DNA of 64,000 bases from Octopus bimaculoides (lineage: Eukaryota), in contig NC_068981.1 in NCBI RefSeq assembly GCF_001194135.2, positions 172,795,960 through 172,859,959 of the forward strand. Reading direction: 5' to 3'. Both the position numbers and the translations under genes were made by a program. Below are positions 1-13,483 of this stretch, in pieces. Under the pieces are notes generated by a model, which saw only the letters and a program-made list of their open reading frames with translations, did not search any database and was not told the DNA's origin. Within the stretch, counting starts at the first letter, position 1. Each line of letters opens with the position of its first letter.

Positions 1-1339
1 TTATCTTTTGTAAGGACACTTTTCCCAATTTAATGGGATTATTACTAACAAACAAAACTTATTCAAATGTTTTCTTTTTGGTATTTCTTCAACCCTTTGT
101 GATAGTGGTGTTGGAGATGCTGAAGTCCTGGCCTTTCAAAATTAAAACACCAGACCAATGTTTTTCTTTCTTTAGAAAAGAAATTTGATATGCTAATTTT
201 GACATTTTCAAATAGCAAAGCACATATTGAACAACAAAATGAAAATATTCTCTATGAGCACTACAACTAGACACAGGAAACAGATTTTAATTCTAAGGAA
301 AATAGTTTAAGAAACAAAATCTAAGGTGACAAACTAGTAAAATGCTTGCTCTATCCATATTGTATTTTGCTCATTTGCACACAATAATTTGACAGGCAGC
401 AGTAAAGTGTAATGACAAGATGATAGCAAGAAAATCTCTCCATCAGGATATATTATATTCCAATTTGCAGAGAAATATTCATATATTGCTAATTAATGGA
501 TTATCCTCAGTTTTTTCAATTATATACAAACTCGTTTCTGATTTATAAATTGAAGTTATAAAAATCAACACCCTGACAATAAACTTCAAATGTCTAATTA
601 TATAAATGCATAAAGTCATGAAACATGGAACCAGTGTTCAATAAATAATAACAAACAAATTATTTCGACTAGATAGGCACAGCCTGTTGACATCGATTCG
701 TTTGTTGACTTTTATCTGGAGACAGAAGTACGCTTTCTTCCTGTCTAAGATAAATTTGACGATTAAACATATTTGCCAGCATACAAGAATCACAAGACTT
801 ATTCTATGTACAACTTTTTCCAAGAGTATTTTGATAGAAGAGATGTACTTTCTATCTATATTTACTGGAATAAATAATGTCCCATGTCAAAAGATTTTGA
901 GAGAACATTTTTTGGAATAAAAATGTGTCATATATGCTGTCAGATATAGAATCCAGTTTTATTACTGGTACTTGTTTTATCGACTCCAATAAGTTGAAAG
1001 GCTAAGTCGACATTAACAGGAATCAAACAGTATGATAAGGTGCCGAATTTGGTGCTGTATCAATAAGCACCAACCAATTTTAATTTTAAAAAATTAGTTT
1101 CCTTTTATATTTTTTCAACATGCTTTAAAAAATATTTGTTTTAAAATTCAATAACAATGTGATATCTCTAGTAGTTGATCTATAGCAATGGCTAAGGGAT
1201 ATATTAACAGACAGAAAACTCTTAAAGAGATTTAAATTGTATTATAATTGTTAAAGAGATTGAAATTTTAAAATTTAACTGAAATAAAATTGTACCAAAT
1301 ACATATTAAATAAATATTGATAAATATATACTTATGCAG

Positions 1340-1413
1340 GGACTCTGTGGTGCAATTAGCAATGCAGTAGCCTGGTAACCAATAGATACATGGTTTGAAT
1401 CCTAATAGTGAAC
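1340..1413 (+). pseudogene. Degenerate tRNA (tRNA-Asn-like) pseudogene or SINE head
   Basis: GACTCTGTGGTGCAAT...CTGGTAACC...TGGTTTGAATCC aligns by eye to eukaryotic tRNA-Asn(GTT) GTCTCTGTGGCGCAAT...CTGTTAACC...TGGTTCGA. A/B boxes are partly decayed and the stems imperfect. Confidence 0.55.
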
Positions 1414-3116
1414 CTGTTTCTATTTTCTTTCTTAAATTGGTGTTTATAATGTCTAATATCATTCAAATAAATATCTTTTTAAAATTATGAATTTGAATTA
1501 AAATTATAATTTATATAGTCAACTTGAAATAAAAGTGAAATAAATATTTCAGTTAAAGCAAACTTATTTTGCTCATTCTGAACTCTAGGGAAAAACCAAG
1601 AGAACTTTGAAAATAAACTAAGAGGACTCCCTAATATATATTGTAAAATTGAGGAAAGAACAGTGTATGTTTTAGCTTTACTCTCTGTAAAACCTTTCAA
1701 AGTGATTACATTATCAAATAAATAATAAAAAGTATACACTGGATAATTTGTACCACTAATTATCATTGGTTTATAAATATACTGGATATCATAGCCTCGT
1801 TGTTTAAAAAATTGCTCTTCTCTATCTCCCTCACTCACTCATCTTCACATCAATATGCATAAATAAATCCACAACTAAATATATTTACACAAGATATTAA
1901 TCTAATGCATGTTCATACACAAAAACAAAAACATACAATCATAAGATAGAGAAAGGATCATACAAAAATGCTACAATACAGGATCATTTTACTTGGTGCT
2001 TGCATAGAGTCTGAGATGTACAAGTGTCTAAGTAACAAAACATTTAAAATTACATATGTTGGGTTTTTAAAGGGGCATTTAAGAACCTATATCTCACACA
2101 TGCAGAAAGAAAGGAAAAAAATAGAAGTAGGTTGTAGCAAAACTATGTGGAGTTCAAGTACTGAACTATAGAGTTCAACAACTGAAATGTGTCCTAAGTG
2201 TAAATTTTTATACTTTGCATGGATATAAAAGTTCTTAAAGATTTTTTGTTTCTATATGTGTATATTGTATAACTGAATTTGTTCAAAACTACTTCAATGC
2301 TTTATTCCCTTCCTTTTCAAAATGTAAAAGTTAAAACAAGGGAAATAATTGAAGCACTTGATTGGAAACAATCAATGCAGTAATAACAAATGTATAGAAA
2401 GGTTTGTTTTTTGTTGTATTATTCTTCACAAAATAATTATAGCACTAGTGACTTGATACGGAGTATTTTAATGCAAATGGACACAATAATAATTAAATTT
2501 ATAAAATTGGTTTTTGTTTTTTTTTTCTTTTTTTTTTTTGGCTTTTAAACCAATTAGAAATTTTACAATATGGACTCATTCTATGTGAAATACTTGTTTC
2601 AACTAACAAGCAAGTAGTTAAAAAGTTACTTTGTTTGATAGAGAAACTATTGAACATAGGGTTCAATAATGAAATATTGCATTTTGTGTGAAATCATCTC
2701 TAACGTATGTGTTTATGAGTGTGAATTTTTTCTTCACTTAAAATCTTCATGGATATTATCTGTAAAATGATAAGACAAGATTCTTATTGATTAGCTATTT
2801 ATAAAGAATTTACAGTCTCTTATTGTGGCCTAAATACTACTGAGTGGTATTTACAGATATTCTAATAATAACAATTTTCATTTTTCAAATCCTACTGAGT
2901 ACTATTCAACTATTAAAAATTCAAGGTTTAAAACTATAATTTTATCTCTTTTGTATCATTAGACAAGCTCTAATATTTACATACACATTATTATATTACT
3001 AATATTTCTTTGTAATTTGAGGGACAGTTGGTAAAAGAAATAATGTTTAGATTATCCTGTTCAGAAAGTATTCAGTACTATTAGGTAGAATACTGCTTCA
3101 GTCAGTCTATTCCAAC

Positions 3117-3151
<35 letters not shown>

Positions 3152-5039
3152 ATTGTGCATGCGTTCATGTGTATGCACAGGTGCACAACAATGTACATTC
3201 CAACAAGAAGTACACACAATATCAGCTATGAAATGACCTACATCTGACATCCCCTAAATCCATCTATAAAAACCTTTTAGCTAAAGTCATAAACAACACA
3301 CAGACACTGCTTACCGAATATATAAAAAAACACCCACAACTAAAACTATTTTATCAGAAGTTCTTTAAACCTCTACTTACCAATCACTAGTTTCGATCTG
3401 TGTGGACATTCGTAAATTCACCAAAGGGTCATTCAAGAGGATTCTTCATTGAATTTTTCACACAAATTTTTCAATGAAATTTTATAAAGATGACCACATT
3501 ATACATAGATGTTGGTTTTGAAATTTTTTATATATTTTTATATAAGACTAGGGATTCTCACCAAGTTCTTTTCAGCATGATCGAAATAGATACAGTTGAT
3601 GCTTTTCTAATATATTTATATTTTCTCAGTTGCATTCAAAGTAACCTGCTTTGCTCCTTTATCTTTCCTGATCAGTTTATATATTAACCACTTGTAATGT
3701 TAACAAGTGTTATATATTATGTGGCTGACAAGTAATTGTCTTCAGTCCAACAGTGGCTGATGAAGCGTATAATCACCAAAGCATCTAGAAGTTCTACAAG
3801 ATAACTTGTAGTAAATATTCCAAACCTAGCTAATGCACTCACTCCTCTTCTCATCAACTGTATTTTTTGCTTTATTCTTCAAGAGTTGTTATCCTTGCTG
3901 TTGTTTATAACCTCAAGACCTATGATCATAAGCATTCAGTCTTTCATTTTTACCTCAGCCACAATGTATCTAAAACTACATTATCCAGTATATGTTTCCT
4001 TTTTCTGACATGGCATGGTTTAATTTGATATTGTAGTTACTATTCTTAAAGTTTATGCATGTTCATAGTGACTCCATCTTCAGCATGTTTGTAGAGGTTT
4101 TTTTTTCTTTGTGCAACACCAAATCAGCTTTGTAAGAAAACTCATGGTATGCAAGTAGTCAACCAAATAACAAGGTATGTAGGGTAGATATTGCAGGCAA
4201 TTTGGCTGCAGTTATTAGCAGGTTAGATGACTGCACAGTGCAACAATTCTCAAATGGTGTGTTGCAGCACCTTGGTGATTTACAAGGGTACCTAGGAGCA
4301 CCAAGGATTTTTAAAATGAAATTTAAGGCTATAGAAAATCCTTACTAATGCTTGAGTGTTTTGAAAAATATGTTGATCATAATTTTGTTATAAACAACTT
4401 TATAAAACAAAGTAAACAATAGTTTTCTATATATTTTTCTTTCAAATTTTAAAACTTTAAAACAGTTTTATTAACTTTCCATGGGAAGTGTGCCAGTAAG
4501 CTTTTGATCTCCAGAGTGTCATGAAATCAAAAAGATGGAAAGTATTTGTGTAAGGGCTCCCTCATTTTTTTTGTGTTTTTGATAAATGTGTATAAACATC
4601 TACATATATATTGATTATATAGTACTGCTTTTTTTTCTGTGTATCATTTTTTATCCCTACATAAAGGGTTTTTTTAAAGATGTGTATTAGTTAAAGGAGC
4701 AGTTGTTAATAGTTCTTTCTATAATCTTTAACACAACTGCAATACTCTTATTTATATAGTAGCTACACCTATTACTATAAGATCTATGGTACATGATATT
4801 ATAACTATTGGGACTACATTATCATTTAAGAAAAGACAAACTGTTTGCAAGCTAAAACCTTCCAAAAAGTAAAACTGCCAATATTGAGGATATATGCCAG
4901 TTTTGGATAAGATGTAATAATAGCAGATGCTACATTTGGAATTTACTAACAATCTTGATGTCCTAACAAAAAGGACAGCTGAAATTTCCAGAAGTTATAT
5001 AATAAAACATTTTATATGTTTGGTAAAAACACAAATCTA

Positions 5040-8000
5040 AATGTATACATCAGAAAATTATAATAAATAATCTGCCATACAAAGTAAACAAACACTTTAG
5101 TTACTTCGTTATAATAAATACTTCACCATATTGAATAAACAAACAATTTAACCAATCAGTTATAGTTTATCACAATTAGTAAACAAACACTATAGTCAGT
5201 TATAACAAACAGTTGATTAGACACACTGTAATGCTTTAGTCATTTGAAATCAGTGATTGAAATGGCTTTTAGGAATAAGAGGTACACTAAGATCTGTGAG
5301 GCTCAGTTTGAGGAAGAGTGGGAAAGGTGTGGAGGTTAGATACTATAAGCACCCTCCATACACACCTATCTCTGAGCTGAGAAACAGGGAGACACCCTCT
5401 CTCTGTGTACACTCTCCATCTCTGGTTTGAATAAATAGTTCAAGATTCACAATAAACACTTTAGTTATTTAGTTATACTCATTAACAAACACTTTGGTCC
5501 ATTAGTTATAATAAATAAATCATATAATGAGTAAACAAACATTTTACTCAGTTTTAATAAATTATTAATAATACTGAGTACACAAACAGTTTAGACAGTT
5601 ATAATCAATAGTTCACTATACTGAGTAAAAAAACACATTACTCAGTTATCACAATATAGTCCACCATATTCAGTTAACACACTCTACCCATGTCTATAGC
5701 AATAAATAGTTCCTCATACTCAACAAACACACTAAAATGTCAGTAACAATAAATAGTTAACCACACTCAGTAAACACACTCTAGTATGTCAGTAATATGT
5801 TTGGTCATTAGTTTACCATACACTGTAAATGCACTGCAGAATGTCAGTTCACCATGCTTAGTAAACAAACACTCATTTGTCAATCATAATACATAGTTAA
5901 TCACACTCAATAAACACATACTAGTATGTAAGTGATAACAAATATTTCATCAAACTGGCTAAACAAACACTGTACACAGTTAATTGTAATAAACAGTTCA
6001 CCATACTCAATAAATACACCCTAGTATGCCAGTAATAATAAATATTTCAGTATACTCAGTAAACACACTGTAATATACATGTAATAATAAATAGTTCACC
6101 CATACTCAGTAAACACATTGTAGCATGCCTATAATAATAAACAGTTCCACCATACTCAGTAAACACTCTGGTTTGTCAGAAATAATTAATAGTTCACTTA
6201 CGTTCAGTAAACACACTCTAAGATGTAACAATAAATAGTTCACCATACTCAGTAAACACACTCTCTAGTATATCAATAATAATAAATAGTTCACACTCAG
6301 TAAACACAGACTTGAGTATGTAATAATAAATAGTTCATCATGCTCAGTAAACGCACTCTAGTATGCCGGGAAAAATAAATACATTACCATACTCAGTAAA
6401 TACACACACACTAGTTTGCCAATAATAATAATAAGTGGTTCACCCATACTCAAATACATACTCTAGTATGTAATAATAAATAGTTCACTATATATAGTAA
6501 ACACACACTCTGTATGTCAGTAATAAAAAATAGCTCACCATACTCAGTAAATGCACTTTAGTAAGTCAGTAATAATAAGTAGTTCACTACATTGAGTAAA
6601 CACATTATTCTGCTGTTAGTTGCAGCAGAACATTTAAGATACTCAAGAAACAAACACACCAGTGTAAGTTATCATAAAAAGCCCAAAATGCTCAACAAAT
6701 ACAGTAATGTCAAAACATACAACACAACAGAAAACAGTTCAGTTTGTCCATTATAACAGGTAGTTCATAATAATAATTAGTATACCGAGTGTATTCCAGT
6801 TTTTAAAATTGGTACACCATATTCCTATATGTCATAAGAAGTAATTAGGAGAGTAGGTATCAGGAATTGTATCTGGTCATAAAACACTGCCTCAAAATGT
6901 CCCATTCAACCCATGCCAACATAGAAAAGTGGACATAAAAATGGTGATGATGAATATAGGCAAAAGGCTAGAAATTTAGTAGTAAGGAGTGTAATAAATC
7001 TTATCAACCTCAGTGTTACTTGACTGGTACTTTTTGTTGTCTGGAAGAACGAAAAGCAAAGTCAACCTCAACAGGATTCACAGTCAGAACACAAAGGGAC
7101 ATAATTCAATACTGTAAGGTATTTTGTCAGTTGCTCTACATATTCTGCCAAGCCACTACCTTCATTTCACAATAATCATTTAAAAATCCAGTCAGACTGT
7201 TATAAGTTGTTTACTACTCTCAGTAAAGAATGACATCGATGTTATACAGTTTACCATGCTCTATAAACAAACGTTTACATAAACACACACACACACACAC
7301 ATAAAACCCTATGCATCCACAAGTGAAACTCAGAGTAGCAAGAGAGTGACTTGACCAAAACAGCATGCATGCATACAATCATACATTGAACTCAGCAAAT
7401 TAAATATTACTCAATTAAAATAAACTGTTTGCCATACTCAGTACAAACACACAACCTTCTATAAACAGTTCATCCATCTTTAAATAAATACTACAGTCAG
7501 TTACATTAAACAGTTCACTGTATCCAATAAATAAAACCTCAAACATTCATTTCCCCATTCATGCTCTGTATGTGTAGGATGGTGTTCTTTTCTGAAGCTA
7601 TTTTTATAACTTTCTAAAGCTAATCACAGAACTGTAAAGAAGGAATAAACATGTTGTTAGTCCAGCTCAGGTTCATGCTTCGCCTAAATGTACAACACAA
7701 CGGATTTAGAAAGGCCCAAACTTATGACTATGTGCCCAATAGCATAACTTCAAAATTATTGGAGTTCACATGTAGAAACAGTTACAGCAAATTGTTTATC
7801 ATACTCATTCAACAAATATAACAATCAGTCCATTATAATAAATGGCCCACAATATTCAGTTAATGCACAACACTGTTAGACAGTTCCCCATTCTCAAGAA
7901 ACAAATAACCCATTCAATAAATAATTCATCATGCTCAGTACACACACACACATACACCAGTTCTGTCAGTCATGAAAATTAGTTTACTGTATTTGTTTAA

Positions 8001-8290
8001 AAAATGCCACCGAAGTCTGTCAGTTATAATAAATAGTTCCTCATACTCAGTCTACACATACTATAATAGTCAGTCACTTCATGAACCCCAACAAAGAATG
8101 CACCACAGTCAGCCATTTACAATAAATGATCCCTGATCCCCCAATGCACAGTAAGCACATATCACTTAATTAACAGTTCACTAGAGACAGTAAACAACCC
8201 TCCACTACTCAATAAACAATTCACCAACACACTCTCACAATGTACATATCAAGATAAGTTATAGTACTTAGTTCACCAGATTGAACAACA
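5040..8290. repeat. Degenerate ~49-bp minisatellite array (consensus ~AATAATAAATAGTTCACCATACTCAGTAAACACACTCTAGTATGTCAGT)
   Basis: Dozens of copies of the atagttcaccatactcagtaaacacac motif, best conserved at 5700-6600, degenerate at 7400-8290, interrupted by other repeats (e.g. ~5230-5440, ~6800-7400). Confidence 0.85.
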
Positions 8291-8670
8291 TACCCCCCAC
8301 CTCTCCATCGATCAAACAGGATAAATAAACTGTATGTAGTGAACACGTCCAGTGGTCTATTGTAAAGAGCTAGTTTTCATTCTCTTTCTTCTCCTCATCA
8401 TCATCTTAATTGTATTTGCTATTTACGCTTTGTTATTTTTTTCCCCCATTTTGAAATGAATTTCTTTTTTATATGCTGCCATTTATATTTAGCAGTTTTA
8501 GTCAATCTCCTTTATCTACTCACACAATACTGTCCAGTTTTCTTAATCAATAACTCATTCACTAGCTTAATCTCAAACCTTCTCAGATCAGTTGCTAAAC
8601 AGCTTTATAACAGACTCTTCTCACACAAACAAACTCAAGAGAGTTATATTTTTCTCTTTTGTTTTTGTGT

Positions 8671-9153
8671 TTACAATATTGAACAATAAGGAGATGCATA
8701 TGACGCATATGATGCCATATAGTTCCATCTTCCTTCAGTCTCACTTTTCCTTGTCTTCTCAGTTTGTGCATGAATTTCATCTTCCCAAACTTCATCATAT
8801 TCCCTCTCGCTAATCTCACTGTCATCATCATCGCTGCTCTCTAGACTCCAGTCAGCAGGATAGGCAAGCATCCTCTCACAAGATGAAGAGGTTGAGGTTA
8901 TCATTGTATTTCTGCTTCGACCGGCACCACTGCCACCACCGCCACTGCCGCCGCCACCACCACTACTGCTGCTGCTGCTACAGAAGCTGGCGCCAAGCTG
9001 AGAGGCAGAGCTTGGAGAGGTGTAGCTCAGAGCTTTCATTCTGGAACTGTGGAATTTGTGGAAATGCTTACCATCTTGACAGTCCATCAGGTATCCAATG
9101 ATGGGCAGGGGAAGAGGGGATGCCCATGGATTAGGTTCTGGAATCGCTAGATT
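8671..9153 (-). CDS. Ankyrin-repeat protein, probable terminal exon (NLAIPEPNPW... Ser/Gly-rich and acidic tail to stop)
   Basis: Acceptor ttttgcag then AAT CTA GCG, phase 0, open for 160 codons to the stop at 8671. GC-richer than the flanks. An internal donor (GATG|GTAAGC at 9072/9071) could give a shorter exon. Confidence 0.75.
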   Translation of the reverse strand, partial: NLAIPEPNPWASPLPLPIIGYLMDCQDGKHFHKFHSSRMKALSYTSPSSASQLGASFCSSSSSSGGGGGSGGGGSGAGRSRNTMITSTSSSCERMLAYPADWSLESSDDDDSEISEREYDEVWEDEIHAQTEKTRKSETEGRWNYMASYASYASPYCSIL

Positions 9154-9408
9154 CTGCAAAACAAATGAAGTCATAAAACAGTAAACAGATAAATAAATAA
9201 TGAGGCAGGGTATGAACTTAGAGACATAATTAAATACTGTCAGCTATTTTAACCAATACTCTACTGAAGCTGTCTAATTTTTGGTACATAACCATAAATT
9301 AAGGGTGATTGATTAAATCCTTACACTTAACTGATACTTATTTTATTAACATGGCACTACAGTGGTTTATTTTTGTATTAAAGAAAAATAAGAAAAATAA
9401 AAAGGTAC

Positions 9409-9489
9409 CTGCTTTAATTGGTATTGCAGTAGATCAGCCATTGACTTTTGGTTTCTGCGATCTTTGAAAGACAATGGTGAACGACCATC
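9409..9489 (-). CDS. Ankyrin-repeat protein exon DGRSPLSFKDRRNQKSMADLLQYQLKQ
   Basis: ttttcattcag acceptor, CAG|GTACCT donor, 81 nt, phase 0-0. Completes the ankyrin junction TVDK|DGRSPL. Confidence 0.88.
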
Positions 9490-10463
9490 CTGAATGAAAA
9501 GAAGATGTGAACAGTGTATGATAAATTAATAATGGAAAGAATGATAAAAATAATAAATAATGGCTTCTTAGCCACTGTATGATTAAGAAGCCATTACTTG
9601 CAAAGATGTTGTTTAAGCCCCACTGTATAGTACCTTGGTACCTTCAGAAAGTGTTTTCTATTATAACCTCAGGCAAACCAATGCCATGTAAGTGAATTTG
9701 GTAGACATAAACTTTGTGGAAGTGTGTGTGTGTATGTGTGTGTGTGTGTGTGTTTGTGTGTTTGTGTGCGTGCGTGCGTGTGTGTGTGTGTGTGTCCCAA
9801 TACTGCTTGACGACCAGTTTTGGTTTGTTTAAGCCTCTCCTGTAACTTAGTGGTTTGGCGAAAGAGTCCAATAGAATAGATACCAGACTGGGGTCAATTA
9901 AAGTACTGGGGTCAATTAAAACCCTTAAAGGCAGTGTGCTAGCAATTCCACAGTTCCATGACTGATACAAGTAAAAGACAGAATGATAAATTTAATAAAT
10001 AATGAAAAGAATGTTTAAAAAATATATAATAATAAACTTTTAGCTGTTAGTAACTGGATTACATTTTTGCAATATTTTTACGGGATACATCACTGGGTTG
10101 TGGCCATGCTGGGGTATTGCCTTTCAGAGAATAGTGGATTATATTGACCCCAATACATTTTTATTAACTGGTTTGTATTTTATTAACACTGGAAGAGTGA
10201 GCAGCAAAGATAACCTAGGCAGAATTTGAAATTAGCCAATCAATACATGCATTAACCAATCTATTCATCCATATATACATATCCAACAGGTTTCTTCACA
10301 GTTTTCATCAATCAGATTTCATTCACAAGGTCAACTTGAAGTTATGGTAGAAGACACTTACCCAATGTGACACATAGTAAAATCAAAATTAGAACAATGT
10401 GTTCATTAAACACTCAACTTCTACATCATAGGCCATAAATGCACAGAAATATGCAAACATATA

Positions 10464-10595
10464 TCCAGCTGTAGAAACTCTGCCAAATTAGATTGGAGCC
10501 TGGTGTTGCCATCCGGTTTCACCAGTCCTCAGTCAAATCGTCCAACCCATGCTAGCATGGAAGGCGGACGTTAAACGATGATGATGATGATGATG
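10464..10595 (+). mobile_element. Short young retroposon (RTE-type 3' tail, ...GCGGACGTTAAACGATGATGATG)
   Basis: Near-identical to the copy at 59487-59617. Ends in a (GAT)n tail. Degenerate relatives occur throughout the window (e.g. 12190-12410, 35230-35365, 52020-52210). Confidence 0.8.
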
Positions 10596-12421
10596 ACATA
10601 TACACTAGTATATACTGTATTACAAGATCATGTATTTGAAGAAGAGTTGATAAATCAATATTCATCATACATCATCATCAATTATTGCTTTAACGTTCAC
10701 CTTTCCATGCTTGCATAGGTCAGATGGAGTTTGTTGAGGCAGATTTTGTATGGCTGGATACCCTTCCTGTTGCCAACCCTCACTTGTTTTCAAGTAGACT
10801 GGAAACAAATGACACTGCTTGTTTGCCAGTGATGCTTGCTTACAACTATCATGTGATGTCAAGACAAGGAGACATAAATACACACACACAATATATATAT
10901 ATATATATATATATATCAAATGGATGTCTTATAAAACTATTCCGCACATACAATAACAGCCATGCCAACAATCCAACACACCTCCATCATCAGCTGCCCC
11001 ACAGATATCATTATGGTTTCAACACCTGGACAGTACCAGTCAATCCAGCAGTGTCAACAGCACTAAAATAAGTGTTGTTTGGGAACAAACATACCTCAGA
11101 TATCACCACATTTATTCAATCTTAATTCTAGGAATGATTAAACACTAACATTATTAATTAAACTACAACAAAGAAACCACATTTACCCTATGTACAAAAA
11201 CTATCAGAAAATTAATAATTCTATAAATAAACCTATAACTAACTCCTAAATTATCTAACTAAATAGCAACTTAGCCCTTGAAGTTCATGAAGATAATATT
11301 TCCACCAGTCTTCCATAGTTATTAATTTAAAAGTGAAAGCTTTTATATTCTATTCTTTCCAAAACAAAATGAACTCAATTGAACTTAACTAATAATATAA
11401 TTAATTCTAAGTGAACTACACTATTTCATAAACCAAAAGTTAATAATTAAAACACTCCATACGTATTAAATATTCGTTATCCTTAAATCCTTTAATGTTA
11501 AACTTATACCAGTAATTTAATAGATAATATCCTTATTAAGTCAGAAACTAATAAAAGAATACCTATAATTAACAATTATTATTAAAAACCTTGTTGCGAT
11601 TAAAGCTAAATATATAACTGTTTAAAAGATAATATAAAATATAAAGTATTACCACTTACATGTTATCTGGACACATGAGGTCAACTATTTTCTCAAATGA
11701 CTAAATCTTTGGTGGCGTGGTGCATAGTCCACTACTTTCTCAAATGTCTTAACTATTTGGTGATGTAGCACTCTACCAAATCCATTCAGAAATCTTTGGT
11801 CAACCCAGAGCTATATTATATTTGGGACTGAACCCAAAACCACATGGTTAGGAATCAAATTTCTTAACTACATAGCCTAATTTTTAAAATTCTTAAAATA
11901 TGTGTTTCTTTACCTGAAAAGACTAATGTATTTACAATTTTTATTTCAAATGGCTTTACATACATTTTTGTTATTCAAAACAAAGAAGTTTAATGCCAGG
12001 CTTCTAACAAGAAAGATTGTAAAGTTCTTTTGAACTGAATGTTAATCAGAAAAAAAAACATTCTTTTTTGTTCTATAGATTTAGTCTACATTTAAAGTTC
12101 CAAATACACACTAAATGTAAAGGGCAAACATTTTCACAAAACCTCCCTCAATGCTACTCCCCCACACAATTGAGGAATCTTGTCTTGCATGTAATTTGGC
12201 GACTTTGTTGGTACTAGTGTCACATAAAAAGCACATAGTACACTCTGTAAAGTGGTTGGTGTTAGGAAGGTCATCCATCCGTAGAAATCCTGTCAAAGCA
12301 GACAGTGAAGCATGAAGTCCTCTGGATTGCCAGCTTCTGTCAAACTGTCTAACCTATGCCAGCATTGAAAATGCACGTTAAATGGTGATGGTGATGATGA
12401 TAATGATGATGAAACACATAC

Positions 12422-12523
12422 CTTATCAACAGTAAACTCAGAACATCCATAATCAATCAATATATTTGACATTTCATTATCTTCAGGCATTCCGTGTGCA
12501 TAGTGAAGAGCAGTTCGATAAAA
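12422..12523 (-). CDS. Ankyrin-repeat protein exon FYRTALHYAHGMPEDNEMSNILIDYGCSEFTVDK
   Basis: ccccccag acceptor, AAG|GTATGT donor, 102 nt, phase 0-0. Clear ankyrin consensus (RTALHYA...LI.YG). Confidence 0.92.
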
Positions 12524-12918
12524 CTGGGGGGAAAAAAAGGAAATTACAATGCAAATACAAAATAAAAAATAACAAAATCAATTTAAAAATAAAATATTGT
12601 TAGAAACTGTGATGTGATAAATCCTTCACAAACACAAATATAGGAATCAGCTGTGAAGTGAATTAGATATTAAATTATTCACAGCCAGGACAATGTCACT
12701 CAATAACTGATAACTGGATTGAAGGTGCAGACTAACTATGTGTTCAAAAGGAAATTTGATTACAAAAGGTATTTTAGAAATTCATAGAGACAAGAGAAAA
12801 ATGCATTTAGTATATTATTAACTGCTTATGCATTAAAAACTGTTCTAGTCAGAGATAATTTGAAAGAAAGAGGAAATGGGTAAAAATTAATTAGTAACAT
12901 ACTAAGAAGTATACTAAC

Positions 12919-13038
12919 CTGATCTCTTAAAGAGTCAAGACTTAGCTTATTTTTATAAACAAGGGTGTGAACTAAAGTCCTTACAATTGGGACATAACTT
13001 CTAAGAACTGCCTTGTGAAGTACAGGTTGACCATCGCC
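12919..13038 (-). CDS. Ankyrin-repeat protein exon GDGQPVLHKAVLRSYVPIVRTLVHTLVYKNKLSLDSLRDQ
   Basis: ttccgctttctctag acceptor, CAG|GTTAGT donor, 120 nt, phase 0-0. Ankyrin motif (G.PVLH.AV...IV..LV). Confidence 0.9.
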
Positions 13039-13449
13039 CTAGAGAAAGCGGAAGATTTCATATGGATTATTAATCATCCAGATAAAGAATAAATAAATGT
13101 TAAAGGAAAATTATATGACATCATAGAACATCTGAACGAATAAATTCTAGAGCTCTAAGTGGTTTATGTGCTTCAACACTGCATAAAAACATTTTTGAAG
13201 ATGGTTAGACATACTTCCTTATAAAGACTAAACAAATGTTTCAACATTTTCAGTCACATTCCTTTACAGACACACATTTACATGCACATATATAAAAAAA
13301 CTCATATATACACACATAATATATAGACATACATCATATGCATTACATTTAACCTACCCAATCCTACCCTCTCTTCTATTTCATGTTTCATGTATTCGTG
13401 CTTCATACTTTTTTGTTGTACACGTTTCATGACGTCCTGTGCCCACATA

Positions 13450-13483
<34 letters not shown>

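Noticed and set aside
1268-1462. 64-aa minus-strand ORF
   Set aside because: Antisense translation of the decayed tRNA-like sequence.
1485-1838. 117-aa minus-strand ORF MSEGDREEQ...
   Set aside because: Starts at GTG immediately after a stop, has no convincing splice sites and no recognisable domain. Probably chance or an old TE remnant.
5040-8290. CRISPR-like array
   Set aside because: Tandem degenerate units without unique constant-length spacers, no cas genes, and a eukaryotic context.
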